A stretch of 64,000 nucleotides of DNA from Psammoneis japonica (lineage: Eukaryota). The stretch lies in contig QPGO01000124.1 of assembly GCA_008632985.1 (NCBI GenBank), positions 62,001 to 126,000 of the forward strand. The letters are read 5' to 3'. The position numbers and the translations under genes are program-made. Shown in pieces: positions 51,613 through 63,307 of this stretch. The notes below the pieces were generated by a model that worked only from the letters and a program-made list of their open reading frames with translations, did not search any database and had not been told where the DNA came from. Numbering within the stretch: position 1 is the first letter of the stretch; every line of letters begins with the position of its first letter.

Positions 51613-52749
51613 ATGTCTACTTCCGTCAGTGTTCGTACTAGCCACTCCGCGGCCGACGAAAACCAAAATCTTATAAAATGGGCGCTGTTTTGCTTGACCA
51701 GACGAGGGTGCATCATCTTTTTTACGACTGGCGTATTGTTAGTCTTGGTGGTAAATACTCTTGTCTTTTCTTCGTTGGCTGTAATATGGGCACCGGTAGA
51801 AAGTCGCTTTGAGAGTTATGCTGGCAATGAAGGAATGTTTGAGATTAGCGCTGGAACCCGTTTTGAGCCTGGATCTTTACCTTATGATAACCGAGCAGAT
51901 GTTATTTCAAAATGCTATGTGGGTACAAGGGAAAACCCAGAACCGCGGAATCCCGGGTATGGGGTGTGCGTGTATTCTGAAAAATACGGGGTGCTGCTAA
52001 AGCTGCTTGTTAAGACTGGGACGACCACACAACGAAAAGTTTTGAGAGAATATCTTGATGCTCAAGAGGACAAATGTACTCGACTTCTAAATGATACGGA
52101 TGACACCCAAAAATTCCAAAAGATGATATTTGTTCGAGAGCCATTTGATCGCTTCATTTCGGGGTACAAGGAAGGCCTTTTTAGGAAGAGTTTCTACAAT
52201 CCAACGAAGCGTCATCGTTTACCTTCCAAGTTTGGCCCGATGTTGGACCTTGTTCAGAATTCTACCAAAGAGGAACTGGATAGAATTTTCCGTGCTGAAA
52301 CACTGGAAGGCATGCAACGCAAAATGCAGATTTTTAACACATTTGTTGACCTTATTCAAGACGAGAATTCCCTTTCGAGTTTTGATTTACACTTGTCACT
52401 CCAGACAACCAAAATGATGGAGTACAACCAGGGCAATCAAATGGATCAATATGACAAAGTAATGGATTCTTCTAACTTGACAATGGAACTTTCAGATCTC
52501 ACGCGACGCGTCGGAGCACCATCTGTATACCAAGAGAATGTTCGAATTCGGTCACGAGAGGATGACGTACTAGATCTCAGTGGTCTGTCCAATGAAACCT
52601 ACAAGAAAATATGCCGATACCTTGCGAGAGACTACTGCTGCCTCAACTACCCCTTACCCGATCATTGCCAAGGGAGCGTCTCGTGTGAATGGGTCGCCAA
52701 CCCAGATGACCAAGTAAATGAACTTTCGATCCGGGCCGTCGTCTTCTGA
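51613..52749 (+). CDS. Type II membrane (Golgi-type) sulfotransferase family protein
   Basis: Single N-terminal TM helix, 5'-PSB-like KTGTTT and 3'-PB motif FVREPFDRFISGY. Intact, normal TpA content. Confidence 0.8.
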   Translation: MSTSVSVRTSHSAADENQNLIKWALFCLTRRGCIIFFTTGVLLVLVVNTLVFSSLAVIWAPVESRFESYAGNEGMFEISAGTRFEPGSLPYDNRADVISKCYVGTRENPEPRNPGYGVCVYSEKYGVLLKLLVKTGTTTQRKVLREYLDAQEDKCTRLLNDTDDTQKFQKMIFVREPFDRFISGYKEGLFRKSFYNPTKRHRLPSKFGPMLDLVQNSTKEELDRIFRAETLEGMQRKMQIFNTFVDLIQDENSLSSFDLHLSLQTTKMMEYNQGNQMDQYDKVMDSSNLTMELSDLTRRVGAPSVYQENVRIRSREDDVLDLSGLSNETYKKICRYLARDYCCLNYPLPDHCQGSVSCEWVANPDDQVNELSIRAVVF

Positions 52750-53631
52750 AGCTGAGATGCAGCAACAAACTTCTATAAAATCAATTGTACTTTCTCTTCC
52801 TGACTTCTTGATGCACTTTTTGGTCATTGAAGCTTACATTGCGGGGCAATCACATCGTACTTGAATTGTGACATCCATGCCAGCAACGGTGTCAACAATC
52901 CTGGCAACTCCTTGACCGGACAGAGCCTGCTCTTGATGTGCCCATTCACTTTTTCTGCCTCCTTCAATCATGGCAGCATTGCATCCTAAAACCTTTTTTG
53001 TGCCACAACAAATGTGTGGCTCTGTTGTTTGTCAACTGGGTCAACCATTGGCCAACCTCATTGTCAGACACAGCAGTTGTGGAACCCAGGCCACTGTGAT
53101 CCAACACCCAATGGCACATTGGCCAGTTGTTGGTTTCCATGCCTTGCAGGAGTCACCAGCAGTGCTCTGCAATGCAAGGATCAGGCAAGATGCATGTTCT
53201 GTTGTCATGAAGCAAGAGAGAACTGTGGTTGCCAAGCAGATGTAGAGCTGCACTTGACAGACATCCGAGATGGGGAGTGCACTCCCTTGTGTCAGACAGA
53301 CTGGCACAGACAGCACAGAGAGATCTGATGATCTCTCTCTGCTCACTTTCTTTCTCATCTAGAGCACACGATTATCATCCGTCCTAGATGTCAGTTAGAT
53401 CATCCCGATGCGACAGTTCGCAAGGTTGTGAGCAGCAGCACGCTGTTTGTCTTCCTCAATGCAACCACGTTGCAACACTCACTGTGTGATTTGGCAACGT
53501 TTCTCCACTGAAATCGTCATCTTTGTCACATTTGTTTTATCACTCGATTTGTGATCTGTGATCATCACGACCACCACACACTGCATGCCAGTGTTCCACG
53601 CAGGATTTTGATTTTTTTTTTCCACGCAACC

Positions 53632-54405
53632 ATGGCACCAATGGCTGAGCAAACTTCCATTGATTTGACCAAGATCAAGTCAACACAGGTTGAATTCAGA
53701 CTGCAAAATTGCTCACCTGGTGCCCATTCTCACCTGAATGAACTTCACTCTGATGCGACACCTGCTCTTGAAGATCTTCTGGATGGATGTGCTCCTCCAG
53801 GCCTCAAGCCCGACGCAATCGCAACCATCCGTCATGAGATTTTTCATGATCCAACCACCCCTCAGGCCACCTTGACTGAGGACCTCAAATGGATTGGACC
53901 ACTCATTGACAAAGCTCCTGTCTTTGTGGCTGCCCCTCAAGACACTCCGATCCGCCTGAACCACACTGATCTTCAGAAGGCCATGACCAAAGCAATCTCA
54001 GATGATCAAGACACCACAATGACACATGTTGGGACTGTCAGTCTCTTCTTTTGTCCCAGTTTTGAAAATTGTCTGTGTTGGGATGATGTCTCTGACACTC
54101 CACACCCCAAATTCTTGTCTCCTCCAAATTCTGCATCTCAACCAGCTGTTGCTGCAGGTCTCACTCCTGAAGACTTTGCCAAGGCTTCAGCCATTCATTT
54201 GCCCCATCCAAAAGAGTGTGAGCAAGCTCTGACCAACACACTGGAGAGTGTTTCACCTCTGTCTGGGCCTCCTGCCACAACTGCTGTGACTTTGACTTTG
54301 ACCAGTGTTTCGTGCACTTCCAATCCAAAAGGACTTCCTGAGCATCAGAGGCCGCAATGTGGTGTTGTTCACTTTCCTTTGGAAAAATCAGAACATTTGA
54401 TTTGA
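53632..54405 (+). pseudogene. Tyr-free coding-like relic of unknown family, probably TE-derived
   Basis: Protein-like composition over ~250 codons with no Tyr, inside a TpA-depleted block. Confidence 0.3.
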
Positions 54406-54929
54406 CAAAAGCACGGCATTGTCAGTTGGGTTCAATTTCAAATGTTGTGGTCAACTTGAATTTGTTGTTGCCTTTTTATGTCTGCAATTGTTGCCGTTTT
54501 CTTTTGAGTTAAATTTGCCAAAGACTGTCAACGTGTCTTTTGTTGTTGAACGATGCATTTTGTGTTGATTAATTTTTCACATGTTTGTTGAAACGTTAAC
54601 TTTGACAGTGCTTTTCAATGGCTCCACCGCAGTCTTGCGTCACCACAGACAATGGCATTTCTTGCACGCCCAAGTCGGCCACGTGATCACCTGGCTCATT
54701 GTTCCCACCTGCACCCACCAGTTTTCCAGTCAACAGCTCCCCACCTGCCTTTTGGCACCCACTCTACATGCGCAATTCTCTGCCCATTTCATGACAGTGC
54801 ACCCTCTCCCCAAAAAGCATTTGACGAGAGGGTGCACTGTTGTGATTCCTGTGCATTCTACGTGAATCGGCATCTGACTGTTGGCCATGGTGTCTAACGA
54901 CTTTACCCCGTCTCACGATGCACAGATCG

Positions 54930-56100
54930 TTGGGTCGATGCATCTTTCATTTGGGATCTTTTTCTAATGTTGTTATGAAGAGGTTGATGCATTGGTTTGG
55001 TTTTCTGGGGGGCTTTGGTTTTGACACACGGTGCAAACGGTAACGTGCCTCGACTCGTGACTCGATTGCTGCAGTGTACGTGTAACATGTGAATGGTCGA
55101 CAACGTCGCGACGGTAAGTTCTCTTTGTGTTTTCTCAATTTATGTCGTTTTCCTATTCACTAAAGATCATTGTTGTTTTTTGTTACAGCATGTAAGGTCG
55201 ATTGATCGTCTCGTACGGTCGATTGTTGTATCTGTGATGTTGGTGTCTTTCTCATGGCGTTTGCACCACCACAGCATATCCGTTTGGGAGCCTTATGCTT
55301 CATCTCACTCTTTGTCCTTTGGTGCATCTATTTGTACTATTTATTTGCACTCGTGACGAGCTTGACATGTTTTTGGATGTCTTGGTCGGCTCGTAATTAC
55401 AGCATGTCGTTTTTCGGCGATAACAATTTCTTGACAGTGCATGCCTTCAGAATGAAACGATGCGAATGAGCATCGAGGACACCTGTGGCGCTGACATTTG
55501 TCATACACTCGTACCATAAACCAAAGTAGCTATGACTGTGAGCACATTGTGATTGTTTGAGTTTTGAACTCGTTTTGACGAAACTCGCGTACCTCACTAG
55601 TGTTTTTTGGTGTGTCCACTTCATGCGTGCAGGCATGTGGTCTATAACGACCCTTTCTTCCTACTCTGCAAAGGCATTGTCATCACCATCTAAGACATCA
55701 CATTGCCCACGCTATTTTGGGAGATCTTGGTAGTGTGACGACTTGTCTGGGCTTTGCAATGGGTGAAATGGGGAGGTGGAGGCTTGCATGGCCGGGCTCC
55801 TCGCCTGCTCTTGCATGCGTTGATGCAGCGAACCGCTGGTGGCACTTGGGGCCAGGAAATTTGGCAGGGCGACTCAGAACTAACCATGAAAGGTGCCCCA
55901 GTGAGTGTGCTGTGACATGTGACCCCAATGGATTGTCATTGTGTACGTTGTTCCACTCACATTTTCATTTTGCATGTCATTTTCCAGTGTGACCATCGTT
56001 GACCGTTGAAGCTTGCAGTGGCATTTCCAGGCCCACATTCTACATGATCGACATCTTTTGATGCTCTTTGCTCACATGGGGAAATCAGATCCTGGAGTGC
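54930..56100 (+). repeat. Dispersed repeat family R1, copy 3 (retains the most TpA and CpG)
   Basis: Matches 3950-4930 directly and 11230-12400 inverted. Confidence 0.8.
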
Positions 56101-56499
56101 TCAGTTCCCAGTCGGATCTAGATTAGAGATGTGTGGCTGTTCGATGAAATGTGGGATGGAGTGTAGGCGCAAGTTCTGTTGCTTCTGGATGGTGCGCACC
56201 ACATGCGTGCTGTAGAGTGTGTGTGTGCACCATTGCGAACGATGCTTGCCGATCTGCCATTCCAATGCACAGGAAAGATGTTTCTCTAGCAGAAGCAGGG
56301 AGCACGGTGCCGGCAGTGCGTGAAAAGAAATGTGGTGATGAAGACGGTGCCGGCCCAAGCGCAGAAGTCCAAAGAACATGACCATCTCAAGATCCTCATG
56401 CCATCCTTTCTGTTGTGACTTGATTTGCTCTTTCATGTCTCGATCGATTTCCTTGGATGGATGCGAGGAACAGAGAGCATTGTTGATGTGCTTTGATTC

Positions 56500-58010
56500 G
56501 GTGAGCTTGGAGCACTTTAGATGCTCATCGTCTGCACTCCAAAATTTGCATTGGCACCCGAATTCTTTCCCGACCTGATGGGTGTGCAGAAGTGACACAA
56601 TCCACAGGCACCTTCCTTCATGCGATGATCTCCAGTGCACTTCTCAGACTCTGCCTTTGGTTGGAGCAACAAGGATGCAGCACCACTCCGAAACTCAATG
56701 TTTGGGAGGATGTGGCCGCGGCTGACCATCATGGCCACCATCAGCGGTAGATTCTGTTCTGCCCATTGGAGTGTCCAGTGGTTGCGGTGAGTGTCACAGT
56801 TCTTGAGTCGCTGACGTTTGTGTGTCTCGAGTCGTTGCATCAGAATCGGAACCAACTGAGCGGTTTGTTGCATTTGCTCCAGACCAAAAGACATGAAATC
56901 GTCTGCAACCTTGACCGCACTTGCTTGCCACATCGGATTCTCACAGAGAGGACGCCTGGCCTCATGGTCAGCAGGATCAACTGGAAGGACAGGAGCAGGA
57001 GCTGTGGTCTCACTGGGCAGTTCCTTTTTTTTCACAAATGACAGGAAGGCGCCGAGCCTTGTGACATGAGTGGATGAGCTTATGAACGAGCAAAGTCGGT
57101 GGGGAATGGAACCGCCTGCCGGAGTTTTTGTCATTCTCAGATTCATCCCTTGCCTCCGCCAACATGCCCTTGTTTGTGTGAAACTTTGACGGCTTGTCTT
57201 TCATTGATCGGAAGAAGCGTGCATTCATGAATGACTGCAGCTGTGAAACGGCAAGTTTTGCGTGCATGTCGATCGATGCCTGTGCCACAATTGGTCTGTC
57301 TGACTCATCCATAACTTGAAGACTCTCGTCGCTGCTCATCATGTCCAGCATTTTAGATTCCGCTGCCACAGCTTCATCATGTGCTTTGTTGTGTGCTGCA
57401 ATTTCACGGACAAGTTTTGCCTGCTTCTTGGCCCCCAGGCGATCCTGTCGTTCCTTCCGGGCTGCCCTTTGACCAGCAGAGTTAAGAAGTTTGGCATGCT
57501 GCAGGGGTTCTTGTGAAACACCGGCATCACGCCGGTGTGTGTTCCCGGCGGGATCACGGTCCTCGGGGAACTTGAGTTCATCAAAAACCGTTTCGGGGAT
57601 GTGACCCCCGTTGTCATCCCACGCTTTCATCAAGGTGGGGAAGGATCGGAGGCAAAGATTGCATTCTTCTTGGGAGACTTGCCGTTTGACAGCAGACATG
57701 ACGGATTCAAAATCAGGACAACACAGAGTTTGCTGGTCAATGACACCAGAGACCACGAATCCCTTCAGAATCTTCTTCCGTTGCAACGACTGAGTCAGGA
57801 TTGACGGAAGCTTGGCAAGCAAGTCAACGATTGCATCCTTGTCCTTTCCAAGCTGAAGGGAGTCTTTTCCAGGGCTCTTGCAGCCTCCAACTTGTTTGTG
57901 TGAGCATGGACGTCTAACTCTGTGGTGGTGGCTTGTTTCTTCAGGACAGATTTTGCAGTGCTGAAGACATCACAGAAGCAATTGAGCGCATGCACGCCAG
58001 CACAGGCATG
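56500..58010 (-). pseudogene. Possible DNA-transposase C-terminal relic (pogo/DDE-like)
   Basis: ORF 57010..57822 (ILKGFVVSGVID...PDF...GHIPETVFDELKFPEDRD) resembles sequence downstream of DDE_1 cores. Tyr-free and frameshifted; catalytic core not seen. Confidence 0.35.
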
Positions 58011-58100
58011 TTCTCAATTCATGATGACCTGGGCTGGTTGAACAGCATTGTCAACCGTGGGACCAATGCTCATCAGCACCCGGAGCATTGGGACTGAGTC

Positions 58101-58502
58101 ATGACTCACCAAGGCAGGCAAGGAAGGATGTGCTGTGTCTGCAGCACTTGGCACGACAAAGGAGAGAAAGAGCTGAGGGATCAATTTGCAGCGGGTGCGT
58201 GTGATGACACAAAACCAGTCATTGACAGGGGAGATGTTTCGAGATTGAGACGGAATTCGAGCGTCAGCTTGCCGACCCATGGCATGGATGAGACTGGCAC
58301 TTGTGGACCGTTGGGAGAAACATCAGCGAGGGGAGGCACTTGCGGACCAGTGATGGACAAGAAGGGCATTGTTCACGATGCATTGAAGCTGGCGAAGTGG
58401 TTCCAGTGTGACATCGTGCGAGACAACCATGAAAGACTTTGGTTCTGTGAGCAAATGGAGTTCTTCAGGTTGTCTCCAGGGACAGTCAATGAATGGATGC
58501 TG
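58101..58502 (+). pseudogene. Unknown ORF interrupted by the Gypsy element; continues at 63805-64000
   Basis: Removing the element and one gctg copy restores the frame ...PGTVNEWM-L-DIIQKEDGEREKFQSRRKEK... Confidence 0.45.
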
Positions 58503-58973
58503 TGCCCCATGCATGCACTGGGCGCTGAAAAAGAAGATGTGTTGCGACTTTGTCGTTGTGAAAATTGCAAGCTAGTTTAGAGTAGAGAAAATGGGATCGT
58601 GTGAACAGGGAATCTTGCCAAATCCCTGTTCGTTCGCATTTGGATCGCATCAAATCGATCGTGTGTTCGCATCATGGATCGTGCGAATCAAGCCATCACG
58701 CGCCATGCACGAGTGATGTCATCGTGTGGAATCATGCCACCATCGTGGGCCAGACGACGGGCTAGTGTGCTTCACACGGATGCTCTCTTGGCATCCTTCT
58801 GGAATTGCCTGAGACCCAGAGCCACGCCCTCCTGTGGTCGTGCTTCCCAGGCACGTGTCAACAATGCCACGTTGCCACGCACAAGAGGCTTGTGCACGGT
58901 CTCGCCGTGTTGTCCAGTGGCAAGGCACACTGCACACTCCCCCATGATCAGGGCCGTTAAGTGACAGAATGTC

Positions 58974-61900
58974 TTGCTGGTGACAGGGTGCAATCTGCCG
59001 TAGATTGTGCGTGTCTGTCAGCGCTCCGTTCTGGACACGCAACGTGCCGTTGTCATGCACACGGACAACTCTGGCGGGTCCTGCACAGCTGTCAGAACCG
59101 CATTTAGAGGATTGTTCCTGTTTGATGAGTGCCAATTGCCCTGCGGTGCATTGATGCTCCTTGCGTTTCTGATTTTCACGCTTGTTGTTTAAGTGGACAA
59201 GCTTCTGCTTTCTGGTTTCTATGCACTTCCACTTGGCACGATGGGCAACAGACAAAACTGCATCGCGTCCGAAGACCAATTGCGTGGGACTTGCACGCGT
59301 GGTCGCATGCACCGCAGCTCCAATGGCGAAGGCTGCTGTGGAGAGGATGCCACTCCATGGGTCATCTTTGTCCAGTTCCATGTCCTGCACTGAAAAGGAA
59401 CGTGCCATGTTGCCAAGTGTCTGGTGCACACGTTCCACTGTGGCATTCGCCTGTGGATTCCGTTTGCTTGTGGGTTTCTTCAAAATCCCACAGTCATTTT
59501 TAATCATCTGGCTAAATTCTGCCATAAATTCTGTCCCACAGTCACAAACCACCTGGGTTGGCCACGGACATCTGCACAGCCACGTTTGTTCCACGACGTT
59601 TGCCACAACATCTGCACGTTTCGCAGACACTTCTTCAATCTCGAACCACCCGGTTGCTGGGTCAATCATTGTGACTGCCCACAATTGCAAAGTGTCCTTC
59701 CCGTGTCTTTGAATTTTGTGTGGCCCTGTCACATCTGTGCATGGAGTCTCCCACGGAATTATCTCTGCGACCTTTTCTGGCAGCTTCCCATGACGCTGCG
59801 TTCGGCGTTTTGTCTTCTGGCATCGATCGCACTCAACGCACGTAGAATGCACCATGGACCTCATGCCAGGCCAGCAGAAGTGCTGGGCAATGGACATTTC
59901 TGTGCGTGTCTCACCTGGATGACACAGTGTCTCGTGGCACCATTCAGTTGGCGGAACCTGCAATGACTGTGGCACTGCGATTTTGTCTTTATGACAGATT
60001 AACTGTCGTGATGACCCTCCCCCACGATGCGCGCGAATGGAGCAGTCGGACGAGTCCTCAGCTCGTGAGAGCAGGCGCTTGTCCTTTTGTTGTGCTTTTT
60101 GAACGCGCTTGAAGCTAACAGGCATAGATGGCTCATCTTGAGTGTCTGCATTAAAGGCTTCATGCAAAGGACGACTCAATGGAGTGTCTTTTACATCCGG
60201 ATTGGCCTCGGAAGGCAAGCTGGGTGCCAGCCGAAGGCGACCAAGAGCATCAGCAACTGGGTTGTGGGCACCCTTAACACAGCGTAATTCGGGACCGTGT
60301 TCTTCGCATGTCAACCGCCAGCGCATGACGCGCTCGGCATTGAACACTTTGCACGCAAGATTTTTGTGATCAGCACACATCATTGTGCGATGACCAAGGA
60401 GAATGGTTTGAAATTCTTTCAACGTCTCCACAATGGTGAGCAATTCTCTCTCCGTTGTTGCGTGATTTAATTGCGCACTGTCAAGCTTTCTGCTGTAAAA
60501 GGCGACAGGTTTGTTGTCTTGGGACACAACTGCTCCCAATTGACATTTAGAGGCATCGGCATGCATCTCAAAGGGTTCATTAAAATCAGGATGTGATGAC
60601 AAAACATCATCCAATGTCACCCGTTTGACGGTTTCGAACGCCTCGTCTTCAATGGACGTCCACTCCCACTTGACAGTCTCGCTTGCGAGTCGTGTTAGCG
60701 GAGCCAAGACTTCAGAACGTCTAATCCACGTGTCGCGGCAGCAGCTCACCATGCCAACAAATGAACGCAGGTCGTGTTTGTCGGCTGGGGTTGCAATTCG
60801 CTCAATGGCGTCGACTTCATTGGGTGTTGGTCGTGTTCCGTCCCTGTTGGCCAGACAACCCAAGCACTCTAATTGGGTTTGACAGAAATGAGATTTAGTT
60901 GCGTTAACTTTTGGTCCTGCTTTCTGGACCCTCAACAAAACTTCTTCAAGTTTGTTGAGGTGATCTTCACAGGTGCCTTTCGTCACGACGAGAAGGTCAT
61001 CCAAGTGCGTTCGAACGAACGACAGATCTTCAAACAAGCCTGACATGCGTTCTTGGAAAATGTCTGGCGAGTTGCACAATCCCATGGGCAACACCTGCAT
61101 CTCACACTTGCCCCACGGGAAGATGAGCGTGCAGAGCTTCTTGCCATCAGTGTCCAATCGGATGTGACAACAGCCCATGTTTAAATCCAGCGATGCAGCC
61201 CACACAAAGCCTTCGAGCTCAAGTGGCATGTCTGGGACATGAGGAATCGGGTGAGGCAATCGCTTGATCCGTTTGTTCAGCTCTCTGGAATCATTAATAA
61301 AGCGTGCCGTTAAATCTTTCTTCGGCATGACAAATGATGGAGCTGCCCATTGGGATCGGTTAACGCGTTTGAGAACACCAATGCGTGCTAGGCGTTCTAC
61401 TTCTTTACGTAGCGTAGCTTCGTACGCACGAGGTACTTTATACGGACGAGCGTGGTATGGTTCTACACCCTCCTTGAGTTGGATGTGGTAGGGTTCTCCC
61501 TTCCATTCTCCTAATGTCCCATCAAATAAGGACTCATGGCGTTTCAATAGTGCCAAAAGGTCGTTTTGTTGAACTATAGAAATTCTAATTGCCCCTCGCG
61601 TTATGTCCTTGAGGCAGGCCGGCGCGTACTTAGCGTCTAAAATACGCGAAATCCGGTCGGTTTTCGAAGATAAGGCTTCTGGATCTTGAAGATAGAAGGA
61701 GGTTTCTTCCGTAGCATCTACGTGCCTCATTGGTACTTCTCCATTGACTAATGGCCACTCTATCATCTGTTTAGAGAAGACAATATCAATGCCTTGTGTC
61801 TCCAGAATGTCACGTCCAATAATCATATCGCACTTGCCCAACTTTCCGTTGTGCACGTGGACGGCATGTTTAAGTTCTGCAGTTTCGGATAATTCTGGTA

Positions 61901-62099
61901 ACCGAAATTTAACGGTACAGTCGTTAGACGTGCTGAACGAGCCTGCTACCGTAGTCCAGTTTGTCTCAGCCGTTGAATGGCTTCGCAGACGTTTACAGTA
62001 TCGACTATCGAGTAGAGTGCTGCTGGCGCCACTATCTAGCAGTGCCTCAATGGTTTGAGTCTTGCCCTTGCCATGTTTAGCATTCATAGCTACAAACAA
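58974..62099 (-). pseudogene. Gypsy pol (protease, RT, RNase H, integrase)
   Basis: LLDSGAS; LDLNMG(CC)HI, PMGLCNSPDIFQ, (H)LDDLL; DASK.QLGAV, TERELL, DHKNL; H..LCHPG...C..CQ, D.GTEF, NPQANATVERVH. Probable natural stop at 58974-58976 now reads CAA, so the ORF runs into the LTR. Confidence 0.93.
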
Positions 62100-63307
62100 G
62101 ATTGGAGCAAGATGAGTCTTTTTAACTCGTTTGCGGGATTGGCCACAACACGTGTACGATGGTAATTCAGTTGTTCATTTGTACATTCATCTGATGCATT
62201 AAAACTGCCTGCATCGTGTCGGCCCCCTTCCCAGGCATCCGAATCTTCGGAATCACTTGAGTTGAGGTCGCGGAAGTGATTGAGCTCCTCCTCGCGTGCC
62301 TTGCACTTTTTCTGAGCGTTGGCAAAGAACTCCTCGACCTTCGATCCGATGAGAGCATCAATGTCTTCCTCATTCCGAGGTTTTGTGTCAGGCTTGCTGC
62401 CTCCGTTGTTGGAATGTCCAGTCTTGGCACGTTTCGCGTGGTGCTTGAGCTGACGGCAATCCTCCGCATGATGTCCACAGTTGGTCCCGTGTGGCATGCA
62501 TGACTTCTGGGTGTTCCGTTGGGTCGTGATTGACGACTCAGGATTGTCCGTTCTACGTCCCCGCTTGCGTGGAACCTCAGCATGTTGGTCCTGGTTACCT
62601 TCGGCAAGCTCGACCTGCTCGATGCGCTCGCAGAACTGTACAAATTTGGTGACAGCATGCGCCAACGGGTCAAAATTCTGTAGCGTCATGAACTTCTGCC
62701 ATGCGTTTGGCACACCGCACTCGAACATGTCGCACAGTTCGTCATTGGGCAATGGTGCCGGTGCTTCTCCATCCTCCGTCACGGGTGGAAACTGAGAGAT
62801 GTGGCCGTTAATTTCAACAGCCCTTGCGACGTAGTCACGAGTGGAAACCTCTGCGGGCTTGCGCATGAAGCGCCTCAGATGACGCTTCTGCAGTGGCACC
62901 GCCCTGTGAGGGAAGATGCTTTCCTTTAGCTTCGCGACGCATGCTGCGTGCGCAGCATTGGTTTGGGATGCCTGCTTGTCAGCGGCATCATTGAATGACG
63001 TCAGAGCATCGCCCTGTAGCAGGTCACGCACAAGGGCAAATTTTGCTGGCCCTGTCGTGATGTTTTGTCCTTCGTGCACGCGATCCACGTTGCGTAGAAA
63101 GATTGGGAGTGTCTCGCATGTAGCCGCAGAAAGGTGCAGGATGCCCATCTCGTGTGTTGGACCATCCGGATCAGTGGGGTTGTTGCGTGGCTTGAACATC
63201 TGGTGCTCGCCCTGCTGCAGCTCTTTCTTCTCCGGCCGTGCGAGCGGAATCGGCGGCTCAATCCGCTTCTTCATGGTCGTTTTGAGATTTGTCGGTCCTG
63301 CCAACAT
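62090..63307 (-). pseudogene. Gypsy gag
   Basis: PPIPLARP...QNITTGPAKF...LLQGDALTSF...QKRHLRRFMRKP...GVPNAWQ and a knuckle-like CMPHGTNCGHHAEDC, directly upstream of pol. Confidence 0.85.

Noticed and set aside
3000..60000. Numerous short Cys/His-rich ORFs resembling metallothioneins or zinc-finger proteins
   Set aside because: They overlap in all six frames, lack Tyr and lie in TpA-depleted repeats. They follow from TG/CA enrichment and stop-codon loss.
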